Assembly (NCBI GenBank): GCA_054772095.1
Contig: BAAGAE010000031.1
Span: 1,238,979 to 1,302,978 of the forward strand
From: Chamberlinius hualienensis
Lineage: Eukaryota
Direction of reading: 5' to 3'
DNA: 64,000 bases
A program made the translations under genes and the position numbers. Under the pieces are notes generated by a model. It did not search any database, was not told the origin of the DNA, and saw nothing but the letters and a program-made list of their open reading frames with translations. The stretch's first letter is position 1. Every line of letters begins with the position of its first letter. Positions 26,884 to 38,655 of the stretch are shown one piece after another.

Positions 26884-29800
26884 TTAATGTTCATTATCTT
26901 CACATTTGGAAATTCTTGTTATAGTTCCTTTTGAGGCATCAAGTAACACCTTATCTCCTATAATAAAAAAAAATACATTTCAGTTGAACAGTAAAAACAA
27001 AGAACTAGTAAGTACAGTATATCATCTGATGAAATGTATACCTGTTTGAAATACCCTAGTAGCATTTTGTGCACCAACTACACAAGGCAATCCAAATTCA
27101 CGAGCAACTACAGCTCCTAATTGTCGCCAAGTCAATTCATTTAAAAATAACTATCGGTATAGTAATATGGAGAAATTTAAAAAAATATATTTGAATTTAC
27201 CGTGTGAAATGAGTCCACCTAATTCGGTTACAACTCCACCTAACATAGGGAAGTATGGACTCCAACCAATATCAGTAGCATGAGCAATTAAAATTTCCCC
27301 AGGCTGCTTAATTGAAAATATTAATGTGATGAATTAATTTGTGTGATGACTTATTATGCACCTGAATTGTATGCACGTCATGAAACGTTGTAATTACTCT
27401 GGCTCGTCCTTCGATTGTCCCTTGAGATACTGGATAACCTAAAAATCAATTTTTTTCGTAATAACCAATAAATAAATACTGTTTAAGTTGCTGTAATTAC
27501 TCTTAACACACCTTTAATTTCAACGGCGCCATCAGATAGTGGCAATTGGGCATTTTCGTCAATCTAAAAGATATCACCATTTTTCTGCATATATATATAT
27601 ATATATTTTTTTAAATTTTTTTTGGAAAATAACTCTTACTGGTACTGGAATTCCCTTAATCATCTCTTCAAACCTCAGTCTGTCCATAAAGGGATGAAGA
27701 CGCATACGTTGTTTAGCTCTGGAATATTAATGTTTAAATCGACTCTCTTAAATGGATGATTAATAGAGACATCACCTTTGAATTAGTAGGGGAGATCGAG
27801 TTTTAAGTATCCGATCAATCTCGTCAAAAGTTAAAAAAAGTATTAAATTTGCGTCGGGTATTAATCCTTCTTCGGACATTAGTTTTCCAAGACGACGATA
27901 TCCCAAACGTAAACCGTGGTAAACTTTAATGACTATTGACTGCAAAATTTGAAATAATATTATCCAATAGGTATTATGCAATAATTAAAAGAGCAATAAA
28001 ATACTTATACACTGTACACTAACCTTTGTTAATTCTCTATTACAGACACCTCGCCGACATTTTCCTAGTACCCATCTTAGAAGTCTCCTAAATCAGCGTA
28101 ATTATATGGTAACTGTTATTATTTAATTATCACTCAATCACGGGGAAAATATTCATAGCATTGTATATTGACCGTTGTATTGGACCTAATGGCGTTTTAA
28201 TACCACTAATTACGTCATCAAGCGTTTCATCCTTCTTATCAACTGAAAGAGTTGGAGCTTTTAACATATTCTGAAAATTTGGGCATTACAGTTATACGAA
28301 TCGTTTAATGGAATGAAAAAAGATATTTGGCTGTTACCTTAACAACTGTTACTATTTGTGTTGGATCCATTGCCCAAGATACGCAACTCATGTCAAACTA
28401 CACAAAATCAATAAACAATTAGACATTGCGAATTAAACGTTTATTGAGATTTATATACTTCTTTCAATCCCCTGTGTCCATGGCGCTCAATGAAATCGTT
28501 ATACTTTTTACTAACTTCACCGTCTCCATTTTGCAACCACTTCAGCGCTTCCTATGAAAAAAAGTTAATAATTGGTCAATTTTGGTATAAACTTAATACT
28601 GACAGTTGGATCAAGAGCAATAAACTGTGACGGATCCATCTCCTTTGAAACTGCATTAGCTAATTCCTAATAGTTGTTCAATCCGTTATCTGAATATATC
28701 TTAATTTAATTATAAAATTTACTTGCAAACTAAACGGCACATTTCCACTTTCAGCACCATTACTACTGCCAACTAAATAAGCGAAATCTGAATACTGGTC
28801 TAGACCAAAATCTACAATAAAGTTTGAGTTATAGTTTTACGCTAAATATTTAATTGACAATGCCTACATACCACCATCTCCTCTAGAAAGAATGTTTAAA
28901 ATCAAAAAGTTCCACACAGTCGATGACATTGTTATGGACATATGAGCTATCATTGCCTACAAGTGATTTGAAAAAAAATATATATGGGTTGATTATAAAT
29001 GTAGACCGAACATAGTAAAATGTGTAATACTTGTTCTACATCAACCAAATGCTGACCAATGAGGTTAAAAGTTTCTTCAGCCGTTTGGCCACTTAATGAA
29101 GGATCAGTATAATTCTGATATCGTTGAACTGCATCACTTATTAGACTTTTTCTGCTAATGATACCCTTTGAAATAATATGTATAAATCATTAATTCCATT
29201 GAATAAACGTAAATTAGTAAAAATTACTTTAAGCGACATATTCATTAAATAGATTTTACTTCTGAACGGAGGATTTGTAAAACGTTCAATTGCAATTTTT
29301 GTTACATCGTCATCGTCTAATACTCTTCCATATATTCCAACTTCCATTGCTTTTGTCATAGCCGATTTCTTCTTCTCCAAATTCCATGCTTTCATCTATT
29401 AACCAGTTATAACATATTACGTAAATGACAATAACATTTCGCTTTAATACCATGACAGTTTCTTGCATAACATGGCCATAAAATATTCCAAACATTTCAG
29501 TTATTGTCGGATCATAGCGATGGCATGAAACTCTCCATGAAATCATTTTCTAAGGTAAATTTACAAATAAAATACTAAAAACCAGTAAATTGTTAATACA
29601 TATGACTTTTTACTTGTACGAATGGAACTTGAGCCCTAGAAACTGAAGTAAATGTAACAGGAGTGGTCGAACCAGGCATCACTTCTCTTTTAATTAAACA
29701 AAATATTAAAAAAACAAAGTACTGTATCAATAACTAATTAACGTCAATTCCAAATGTTGCAAATCATTTGATTACTAAGCTTATTAAAAAAAACTATGCA

Positions 29801-32800
29801 AATATTGCGTGAAAAGAAGACTTTCAGCATTCGGAGTTGAAGTTGAACTAATTACTCACCCAACATTGGCAGTACTGAATGACTCTTCGTCTACTCTTAA
29901 AACAGTATCAAACTCGTGCATTATTTCAAAGTCGGTCAAATTGTTGTTGCCAGTAATCGGCCTCGACTGTTCAAATACAAAATAAATAAATATAAAAGAA
30001 TCTAATGGCTATTGCAGAATTTCATACTTGTAGAAGATAAATGGTTCCATTACAAACTGCCCATTCAATATCTCGACCCGTGCCAAAGCATTTTTCCAAA
30101 TAAAGCGCAATGTTTCCAAGTTGAACAGCCAATTCATTATCGACTGTTAACTTTGAGCATTGATCAGCGTCTAGTTCAATTTCCTTAGTGTCTCCATCCT
30201 CTGCAAAATGTGAAAAAAAAACCATTTGAAATGAATAACTTCTCGATATTAAGAAAATGTACCGTTCATAGTTATCATATTTTTCTTGCTTCCAATTACA
30301 TTATCGTCAGTTGTATGCAGTTTATCATTCCACGTTCTGCGAAGTATTATGTAGTCTGGCTCTGCACTGGCTGACACGACACTCTTCATTGACGCAATTC
30401 ATAGCCAAATAAAGACAATGTTACAGCAAAAAATCACACTCAACAAATGTTTGTTTACCTCTCCAAGACCGAAATTAGACGTTATAACCATTTTGGCCGA
30501 ACTGCCAGTAATTGGATCTCGGCTGAATAAAACACCTGCAATTTCAGCATTTACCATCTCTTGGATTACAACTCCCATACCAGCGTATAACGGCTGACCG
30601 TTTTGCCTAAGTATTTTGACTGCGTTTTAAGTATAATGGAATTAAAACCTCACACCTACTATAATATCCATACCTTTTATATTCGATTGAACGATAGGCA
30701 AACTGTGAAGCCCAACATTTAACAACTGCTAAAAAAATCTGTTTAAAAACATTTAGCCAATAATGAGAAAGTTACATATAACGTGCAATTAGTAGTTTTT
30801 TACATTTTCAGTCCCTTTCACTCCTAAATAGGTATCATTCTGTCCAGCGGCTGATAGTTCTTCTCCATCTTCGCCTTCAATTAAATATTTAATATAGCAT
30901 TACAGCCTAATTTAAAGAAAAAATTTAATTTTAAATTCTTTTACCGACTGCTGAAGACCGAATTGCAAATCTTTTAGTTCCGTAGTTTTCACCAAATAAG
31001 TCTTCTAGTTTAGTAACTATAGTCGTTTTAAGAATTTCTGATAAAACAGTAGCAATCACTGCAGCATACATGCTAATTAATGACGAATAACATGATAATA
31101 TTAACATGGTAAATTATTAGATATCTTATTCATAAAAATAGTTACTTGTCGCATTCATCTTTTAACGATTCATGATTATGTCTGTTCAATTAAAACTATG
31201 ATTAAAAAAAATTCGTTTTTGTAGGTCATGACAATAAACTAACCCAGCTGTGTATTTTAACTGTGCGATGGCATTATTTAAATGGGAATTATGCTTCAAA
31301 TGTAAATCAAATGCTGTCTTCGTTAAACAAAATCCATCCGGAATGCTAAACTGCAATTGCTATTAGTTACAGAAACTGTATATATAATATATGCACCTCA
31401 ACAATTAAATTATTACGTTTTTTAGTTGAGAATCCAACGAACTCATTAATGCTAATGATGAACCTTTGCCACCAACAATTTGGCTACTTTTACAATTTTC
31501 TTCGCTAAAATCCACCACTATTTCATTGCACTGTGTTATATGAGCTAGAAGTTTTTTTAAAAATGAGTTCAGTGATTGAATCACTTAATAATAATATTTT
31601 CAGCGACAATAACTAACTTAAATCCAAAAGCTGTGGTACGGAATCCTGAATAGTGACAGGACAATGTGTTTGATTTTCATTTGGCACTGAAATTTCAACA
31701 ATTCCTTCTCCCTCCGATGCATTTAGATTTACTTTCACACTGAAAATATTTACCATTCGGTTCCACTGCTGACCTGAATAAACGGTCATTCCAGAAACGC
31801 GTTCAACCTTTAGTGTATATTTAACACCATCTAAAATTTGACTTATTTTTTATTCATATATTCAAAACACCTGAATTTGAGTTACAAACCAGCTATAAAA
31901 TTAATGACCGAGTTATCTGGGAATTTTTCTGGATTTTTCATTAGCATCTCAAAGTCTATATGATAATCATTAACTGGAAGTATTTTCATACTGTCGGCGG
32001 TGCAAAGGTAACCATATACAAAACTGTAAAAATGTACGAATTCGATAAATTAATTTAATTTTTAATTTAATGGGCAGTCATATTACTTTTGCAAAACATT
32101 ATCACATTCTGCAAACAAATGAAAAGTCGTTCCGTTCTGAAAAATACAAAATTAAACCAAAAAAAAGTTATTTTGAATAATGTTTATAAACTCATGGAAT
32201 ATGAAACGTACGTGGAGAACTCCTTGAAAGGAAAATGTCAATTGATCTCCTTGAGGAATGCCTATTAATGGTAATTTTTAAGTTATAATGTCTTTGTTAA
32301 CGCAATGTTTATTTTGTCACCATGTTTTCTGGCTTTTAGCCCTCTTAGCAACAGTTCAGTGTTCTGGTTATTGATCGTTATTACACCATGTAATTGACCA
32401 AATTGCTCTTGCCAATCCTCAGTAAATCTTTTTAGAAAAAATTGAAGTGGTTATTCACGCTGGTTGATCGTCATTATACTGTATTCGACTTACAAATCAT
32501 ATGGGGATGGTGGCTCTGTTTTTTGTTTAGCAAACAATTTCACCATACTAGGAACACTAAAATCTTCAGGAAATCCCATATAACCGTGAATAGGATGCCA
32601 ACTGTATCAGACAAGAAATAATATTGTCAAGTAAATGGACAATTATGAAATGATCAACAATTATTGGAAATACAATAGTAAATCAAATTGTGTGGCTCAT
32701 ATGTGATATTAATGGACATGTTAACATATTGTTGGTTATTTTTAAATTTTGGCAATATTTCTACTAAGCCGTTTAGAAACTACTATTGTTTTATATGTAC

Positions 32801-33650
32801 ACCAATTTGTAACTGTTAGAACCGATTTGTAAAATTAGATACCGATATGTCGAAATTAACATTGACTTACATGAAATTAAATCTCACTTCGACTACATCT
32901 GACTCGCTTTCATCCCAAGTCGCACGCACTCCTTTCCTACGTGGATATAATAGAAAACATGAATAATGATTCCAACACTCTATACATTTTATTTACAGCA
33001 TGCTTGCCTTAGATATCCATTGAAAAATATTCTCCATATTCGCAATGGTTCAATAACTTCAAAATTCAAACCTGCAGCTGAAAAACTTCTACCGTCTGTA
33101 TTATAAACACAGACATGTGGGTGATGTGGAAGTTGATATTGTACACCATCGCTCAGTCTCAAATACAGTATAACCTCAGCCAATCTGTTATTTTTTCGTG
33201 TAATTCTTGTGAGCAGGACACAGTCATCACGGCGAACCCCACAAAAGCCAAGCGAATCGATTACCTATATCATAAAACGAACCCATTGGCATTAATAGAC
33301 TGCGTTAAATTTCATTTAATATGTTTATTTTTTATGTCTTGAAATCAGTGGTGTAGTCGAGGGGAAACGGGAGGAGGGAAGTCGTTCCTGTACTTTTTTG
33401 AATGTCCCTAAGTATGATGGAAAATTAGCGTTCTACCACTATTTAACTTAGCACTACACCACTGCTTGAATTAAATATAGTGTCTTACGTGCTCGGATGC
33501 AAGTTGCCGTGAACAGTCTTTCTCCCAAGCTTCAGGTAGAGTTAAAATTCCTTTCTTTCGTATATCACTAGAGTCACAGTCGAAATTAAACGTCGGTTTT
33601 AGTTTATTTTTTATGTTGCTAATATAACGATTGGTGAAGAATGTCTTCAT
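26884..33650 (-). CDS. PEP-synthase/PPDK-like protein, paralog C (tandem duplicate of B)
   Basis: ATG at 33650 (MKTFFTNRYISNIKNKLKPTFNFDCDSSDIRKKGILTLPEAWEKDCSRQLASEH|gtaaga). ORF 32989-33183 (MAEVILYLRLSDGVQYQLPHHPHVCVYNTDGRSFSAAGLNFEVIEPLRIWRIFFNGYLR, ends AG|gcaagc GC donor). 31380-31500 (..IVGGKGSSLALMS..). 30022-30225 (..LEKCFGTGRDIEWAVCNGTIYLLQ). 29141-29395 (MKAWNLEKKKSAMTKAMEVGIYGRVLDDDDVTKIAIERF..). 29000-29160 (GIISRKSLISDAVQRYQNYTDPSLSGQTAEETFNLIGQHLVDVEQ, 135 nt, intact). 27772-27981, and swivel-domain exons near 27050-27300. Terminal exon ..DKVLLDASKGTITRISKCEDNEH, stop TAA 26884-26886. Colinear with B at an offset of ~7.58-7.65 kb. Confidence 0.75.
33346..33465. mobile_element. 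MITE-like insertion (12-13 bp terminal inverted repeats CAGTGGTGTAGT / ACTACACCACTG) in an intron of PEPS-like C, absent from the homologous intron of B
   Basis: cagtggtgtagt at 33346-33357 and its reverse complement actacaccactg at 33454-33465 bracket ~95 bp with no counterpart in the aligned B intron (25700-25790). CTTGAA occurs on both flanks (possible target-site duplication, not perfectly adjacent on the left). Confidence 0.45.
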
Positions 33651-34738
33651 TGTGATACACTTAGATCCGTAAACTCGGACAAAGTATCGAAATTATGGCA
33701 TACAAACTTAATTCGTTTAATGGATGTAACCAGGATGTGATAAAATTACGAAAACTCTCACAATTTAATTAAGTGTTGTAAACAACTAGCAAGTCATTTC
33801 AAGGAAACGTTAAGTGGAATGTATAGTATGTGTGTGTATGATCGACCTTGTCCTTACGTATAAGCCTGATTGTTACCATACATACAGAACAGATAACAAC
33901 TGATAGGTGTAATCACCGATGTTCTTTTACAGCCAATGGTAAAATATCGATTGAAGATTCTTTTTATTAACAGTTAATCATCAGCATGACTTTAACAAAA
34001 TTAAGTATGACTGTAAAAAAATAAAGTTTAGAAAACAATATTCATTGAATAAATATTTTCTCTTTGAAATACTTCCTACCATCACTTGTGCTGGCGGTAA
34101 TCGTGTCACCAGGAATAAATTATGATGGCAAACAAAAATATCTTTAGGTCACACTCTATTCAGACAGCCTTGATAGCTGGGAATATTCATTGCAAAGTTG
34201 AATAAAATGTTTAAAGTTGAATATTGGTAAAAGTGATAATGGTCAACGATTCATTGCCGTTTTCATTGGACGCAAAGTAGATCAATAGACCCTTTTAGTT
34301 TAGCAACTCGATAATGTGTGTAATAAACGTATTTTCTAATCAAAGTATTAAGGAATAATTACCAAAAGTTACCAATTAGTATTAACATTAATTGTGATAA
34401 ATTTTAATCGGTAATACCATTGTATTATATATAAAAACATTTGAAATGCCCTGGCATAATCTTATAAACCTTGACCATTCTTAATGCACTACTTAACAGT
34501 TTAAGTTCTTATGAACGACCCACAAAAAATTAAATCACTACTGAAGAAATACTAAATCAGATTAAGAATAAAATTTTATTTAATAATAATGCGTGTTATG
34601 CATGCGTAAATGGTTAATTAATTATTCATTATTATATATATAAACAACATCGTTTACCAATGGCCTTATATCCAGGTTTTATTTATTTATTACATTATTT
34701 ACTGTATGTCATCAAATAGACATACTGTAATTGTATAA

Positions 34739-36272
34739 TTAGTCGATATTTAGCTTTCGGAAAGATCCGTCAACTCCAAAAAGATCTTCTTGGGTTTTTG
34801 GTTTTCCTGGTCTCTTCGATTCATCTACGTTGTACTTTTCATCATCCAAAAAGAAATCTCGATATGTTAGAAGATCTTTCAAAGTTCTCTCTGTTTGTGT
34901 GGTCATAATTAACATTTACAATATTATTTTAAGTTTAGTTGTTTAATCTAATACCTGCAATAGCCTCGATTGTCCCTCCTGTACCACCATATTCTTGAGG
35001 CAGAATTTCCTTAGAAAAAGCTGATTGTAACGACTCAACGTTGGAGCCATGCATCTGGATCTTTTTTTAATGAATCGAAAGTTAAATAAACAAGTGATGT
35101 TTTTAAATGTGACTGTACAGTATAAGACTGTAATAAATCATTTAACTTTTGGCATTATGCTTACTCTCTTCAGCATCTTCTCTTTCAGAAAGACTTTTAC
35201 CATCGCAAATATAGCGTCAAATAATTTAGGTGCTTTCCAGTAGTGAATAGCTTTTGTACGAATTGGCATACATTCCTGAAAATTCGCATGAGTAAAATTT
35301 AAAAAAAACCGGCGTTAGATATTAACTGATATACAGTACCTGCCAGAAAGTGGCAGCTTTCTTAGCAACGGTTGGTGTAAATTGCGCTGCGTGCACTCCT
35401 GTCATGTTGCTTAGATCATTGATAAAAACTATTCCGCAAATTTGAGTTTGCTCATCAAATAATATCCACTCGGTTAAAATATTATTCAATCTAGACAACT
35501 CGTTCAGCGAAAACTCATTTGGATCCGATTGGCCTGTGACAAAGATGAGTTTAAGTCGTTAAGATGAATTTAATCGACCTAGGAATATTCAACTTATTGA
35601 TTACTGTACCTACTCTCCCTAAAACAACTCGCCTGCCCTCTTTGTCATATCCCAAAGGAAGAAAAGCTCTGAATTGCGAATAAGAAATGAGCATTTTAAC
35701 TGAAACGAAGAATACAATGCTAGATGATGTGTTCCTACCCAGTTTTTACAAGCTTAACAAATTTGGGATTGGAGATGTCTCGTTGAGTAAACCATTCGGG
35801 AATAGCCGTTCTCATCGTATAATAACTATCAATTCGTTGTTTGGCCTTTTCAATACTAAATTTCGCATGTCGCAAAAATTTCAGTAAAAACACGTCATCT
35901 GCAAAAAAATGCATAAAAGTTAACTTTTTATTTATAAATGGCTAAATTCTATAATAAATTCGAAGCGATGTATAATTATTTTAAGGCTGTTAAACTGAGT
36001 TTAAGTTAATAATGCAAATTTCCACTATTTGTATTATTTTTTCCAGATGCCTAACTTGCCACTTTAAAGCAGCTATGTTATTAATAAAATAAAGCTATAT
36101 GGGGTGGTCGATTACCTGTTCTGCCATTAATATGTGGCTGTTTGATTATCCATTCTCGCAGAATTTTGATTGAATCTTCTCGACGTGATGGATCTTCATT
36201 CAATTGCTCTTCCGCGAGCTTTTGCAGCTCTGGACTTAAATGACAAACGTATTTACCTTCGTTGTAAGGCAT
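34739..36272 (-). CDS. CRAL-TRIO domain lipid-binding protein (alpha-tocopherol-transfer-protein/clavesin-like), 7 exons
   Basis: Exons 36116-36272 (ATG 36272; [52 protein letters not shown], the CRAL_TRIO_N signature), 35739-35898 ([44 protein letters not shown]), 35610-35668, 35340-35533 (..[62 protein letters not shown]), 35165-35275 ([37 protein letters not shown]), 34955-35060 ([36 protein letters not shown]), 34739-34890 (stop TAA 34739-34741); 939 nt = 312 aa. All phases consistent. Confidence 0.85.
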
Positions 36273-37371
36273 GGTAATTAAATTGCAAAAACTCGATCAC
36301 CACAGTGAACAAAGATTTCAAACGACAAATGCATGAACTTATTGACAAATTGATAACTTATCGCCAAATTAAAAAAAATACACCGTTATCACACTGAACT
36401 AACATCAACAGGTTTGATAATTTCATACGAGTATCTGATTATATTTTAAGTTGCATGACGAAAGCTTACATAATAAACTTAATTGAGAGTTGTGTGCGAA
36501 CTACTGAATTGATATTCATCGGCTTTTTTTTTTTTAATTTTTTTAAGTTTATGAGATACCGGTAGTTTCAGGCTACTTTATTTTTTTGTTAACCAAAAGG
36601 GTAGAAAAAGAATCTATCTCTTCCCTCTATGTACAGTAGTACTTTTATAAGGCGCCATTATCATTAAGATTATCGTTACGATTTGTTTGAAAGGTATAAC
36701 TTATCTATAAATAGATTCGAGTTTTCGAATATTTTTTTAAAATTCGAGGGTACGACGATTTCGAATGCTCCTTTCTTATTAAATGCACTTCCAAGACATC
36801 ATAATACTATACGAAAAAAATTGGCTCAGTTTACCTCAAAACTCTTTTTGGTATTTTTGTTACTGAATTATATCAATAAAAAAAATACCAAAAAGGAAAT
36901 TTAATTGGTCTATAAAGTAAATACCTCAGATGCAAAGCGAAAGAGAATCTAACTACAGTCTATAAAGCGACACCATAAAATAAATTGTAAATTATAATAA
37001 AAAAAGTAGAAATAAGAAAATTAAATAATAATCATAATATTAGTAGTATAACACTGATATACCATATTATTATGGTGATGTCCATATTATTATGAAAACA
37101 GAAATGAAGCATCTACGTTTATTGTTTTTTTTTTTACAAAATTTATCCAAATTGTTCATATGATTATATATTCTATATTAAATATACAACCTGATATCCC
37201 CATACCGTACTTATAAGGCTATGTATAAAGTCTAAGAAATTTTATATTGCATTTCCTAGATTATACAGCATTTAGTAACAATTTCAGTTACTGTTATCTA
37301 AACGTTCCACCTTAAATCAAGACTTTTGGTTAAAAGATCACGAGTTTATCAAGATGGTGTATATTACTTGC

Positions 37372-38655
37372 TTATAATTTCGCACCAATACTTCCGAATA
37401 AATTGATGGGTTTAAAATGTCCATCTCCCATTTCGATGTTTACGTCTGACATCCACTCGTTATTTTCGTCAAGTGCCATTCGGTTCCTATTGACACTCAT
37501 AGCTTTAAGTTCGGCCAATGTAGAATCATATTCAATAGGTGGTAAGGATCCCGTATAATCAGTATCTTTCGGATACAAATCATCACCTAATCAAGAAAAA
37601 AGACAAACATGTGCATAACGTTAAATTTAAATATTAGTGATATTTTACCTGGCAAGAAATGAATAAAACCATCTTTAGTATAAGCTCTAAGAGGACACAT
37701 CATTGGCAATGGTTTATTCTCTCTAGCCTTCGAAAAATCTCTTAACTCATCAAACTGAACAAAATTTAATAAACGACTCAACTCGTACACCTGAGGTGGA
37801 GGAAGAAATAACTGCTGCATTCCGGCCATGGCGAGAAACTGTAACGATGTACACCACTAAAAGTAAAATGTCTAATTAAAAATTAAGTAATAACATTTAT
37901 CGTCAATAATAAAAATAATACTTTACTAGATGGTTGCTGACTTCACTACTGTAATTGACTTCTGGTGTTTCATCTAGAGAACAAAAGTAAAATATTGAAT
38001 CGAATCTCGGCTTCAAGTATGTTGGAGTTAGCCAATTTGACCATGGCTGTAAAGCCCAAACGTCAGGTGAGCAGTCCATCTCTTCACACAGTTTAATCAT
38101 TTCGTTAGCATCCTGCTGAATTCTTTCCTGCCATTCCGATGAATTTTTCACAATTTGAGGAACTGGCGGGGAGTCGATAGGCTCTTTATTTGGTCTTGCT
38201 ATTAAAATTCCACTTTCTTCAAAAGTTTCTCTAATTGCCGTCACTTTCAAAGCAATTTCCGGAGAAAGAAATCGACCATCTTTCACTCCTTGCTCAATAT
38301 CTGGATCAATCCGTTCGTAGCTTGATGGGTGAAGAATAGCCGGAATATCTGCCATATGCTTGTCTGTTAATAATTTGATATCATTACTAGAAGAACGTTT
38401 TCGAAAAACGTCCCACCATTTGCCAGAAAAATCCGCTTTGCTCACTAAGCCTCCGGGAAAAACGTAAGCATTTGCCATAAATCCCATTGTTTTCGCTCTT
38501 TTTAACATTAAAAGTTTGAAGTGTTGGTAATCTGCTTGCGGTCCACCTAGACGCAAAATCTCGGGTGGCTTTATTTTTGAAAAATCGATGGATTTGATAC
38601 TGTTTGATCTTGTAGCAATTATTAAAGTTGATGCTTCTCTCCAAGACCGAGCCAT
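37372..38655 (-). CDS. Nudix hydrolase NUDT19-like (peroxisomal acyl-CoA diphosphatase), 3 exons, C-terminal PTS1 AKL
   Basis: Exons 37927-38655 (ATG 38655; ..ANAYVFPGGLVSKADFSGKWWDVF..AIRETFEESGIL.. Nudix box), 37649-37856 (alternative in-frame acceptor at 37838; ..MAGMQQLFLPPPQVYELSRLLNFVQFDELRDFSKARENKPLPMMCPLRAYTKDGFIHFLPG), 37372-37586 (DDLYPKDTDYTGSLPPIEYDS..MGDGHFKPINLFGSIGAKL, stop TAA 37372-37374). Mouse NUDT19, as I remember it, ends in a PTS1 tripeptide and shares the ..LPPPQFYE.. and ..HLLPGDELY.. blocks. Confidence 0.85.

Larger units (their letters stand above)
19247..33650. repeat. Tandem segmental duplication (~7.6 kb unit x2) containing PEPS-like paralogs B and C
   Basis: Direct sequence comparison: 20480-21180 vs 28130-28820 and 22330-23480 vs 29960-31110 are about 99% identical, introns included. 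19400-20300 vs 27050-27980 and 23480-25950 vs 31110-33650 are clearly more diverged, and 21180-22300 vs 28820-29950 more diverged still. Unit offset 7581-7647 bp. Confidence 0.85.
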
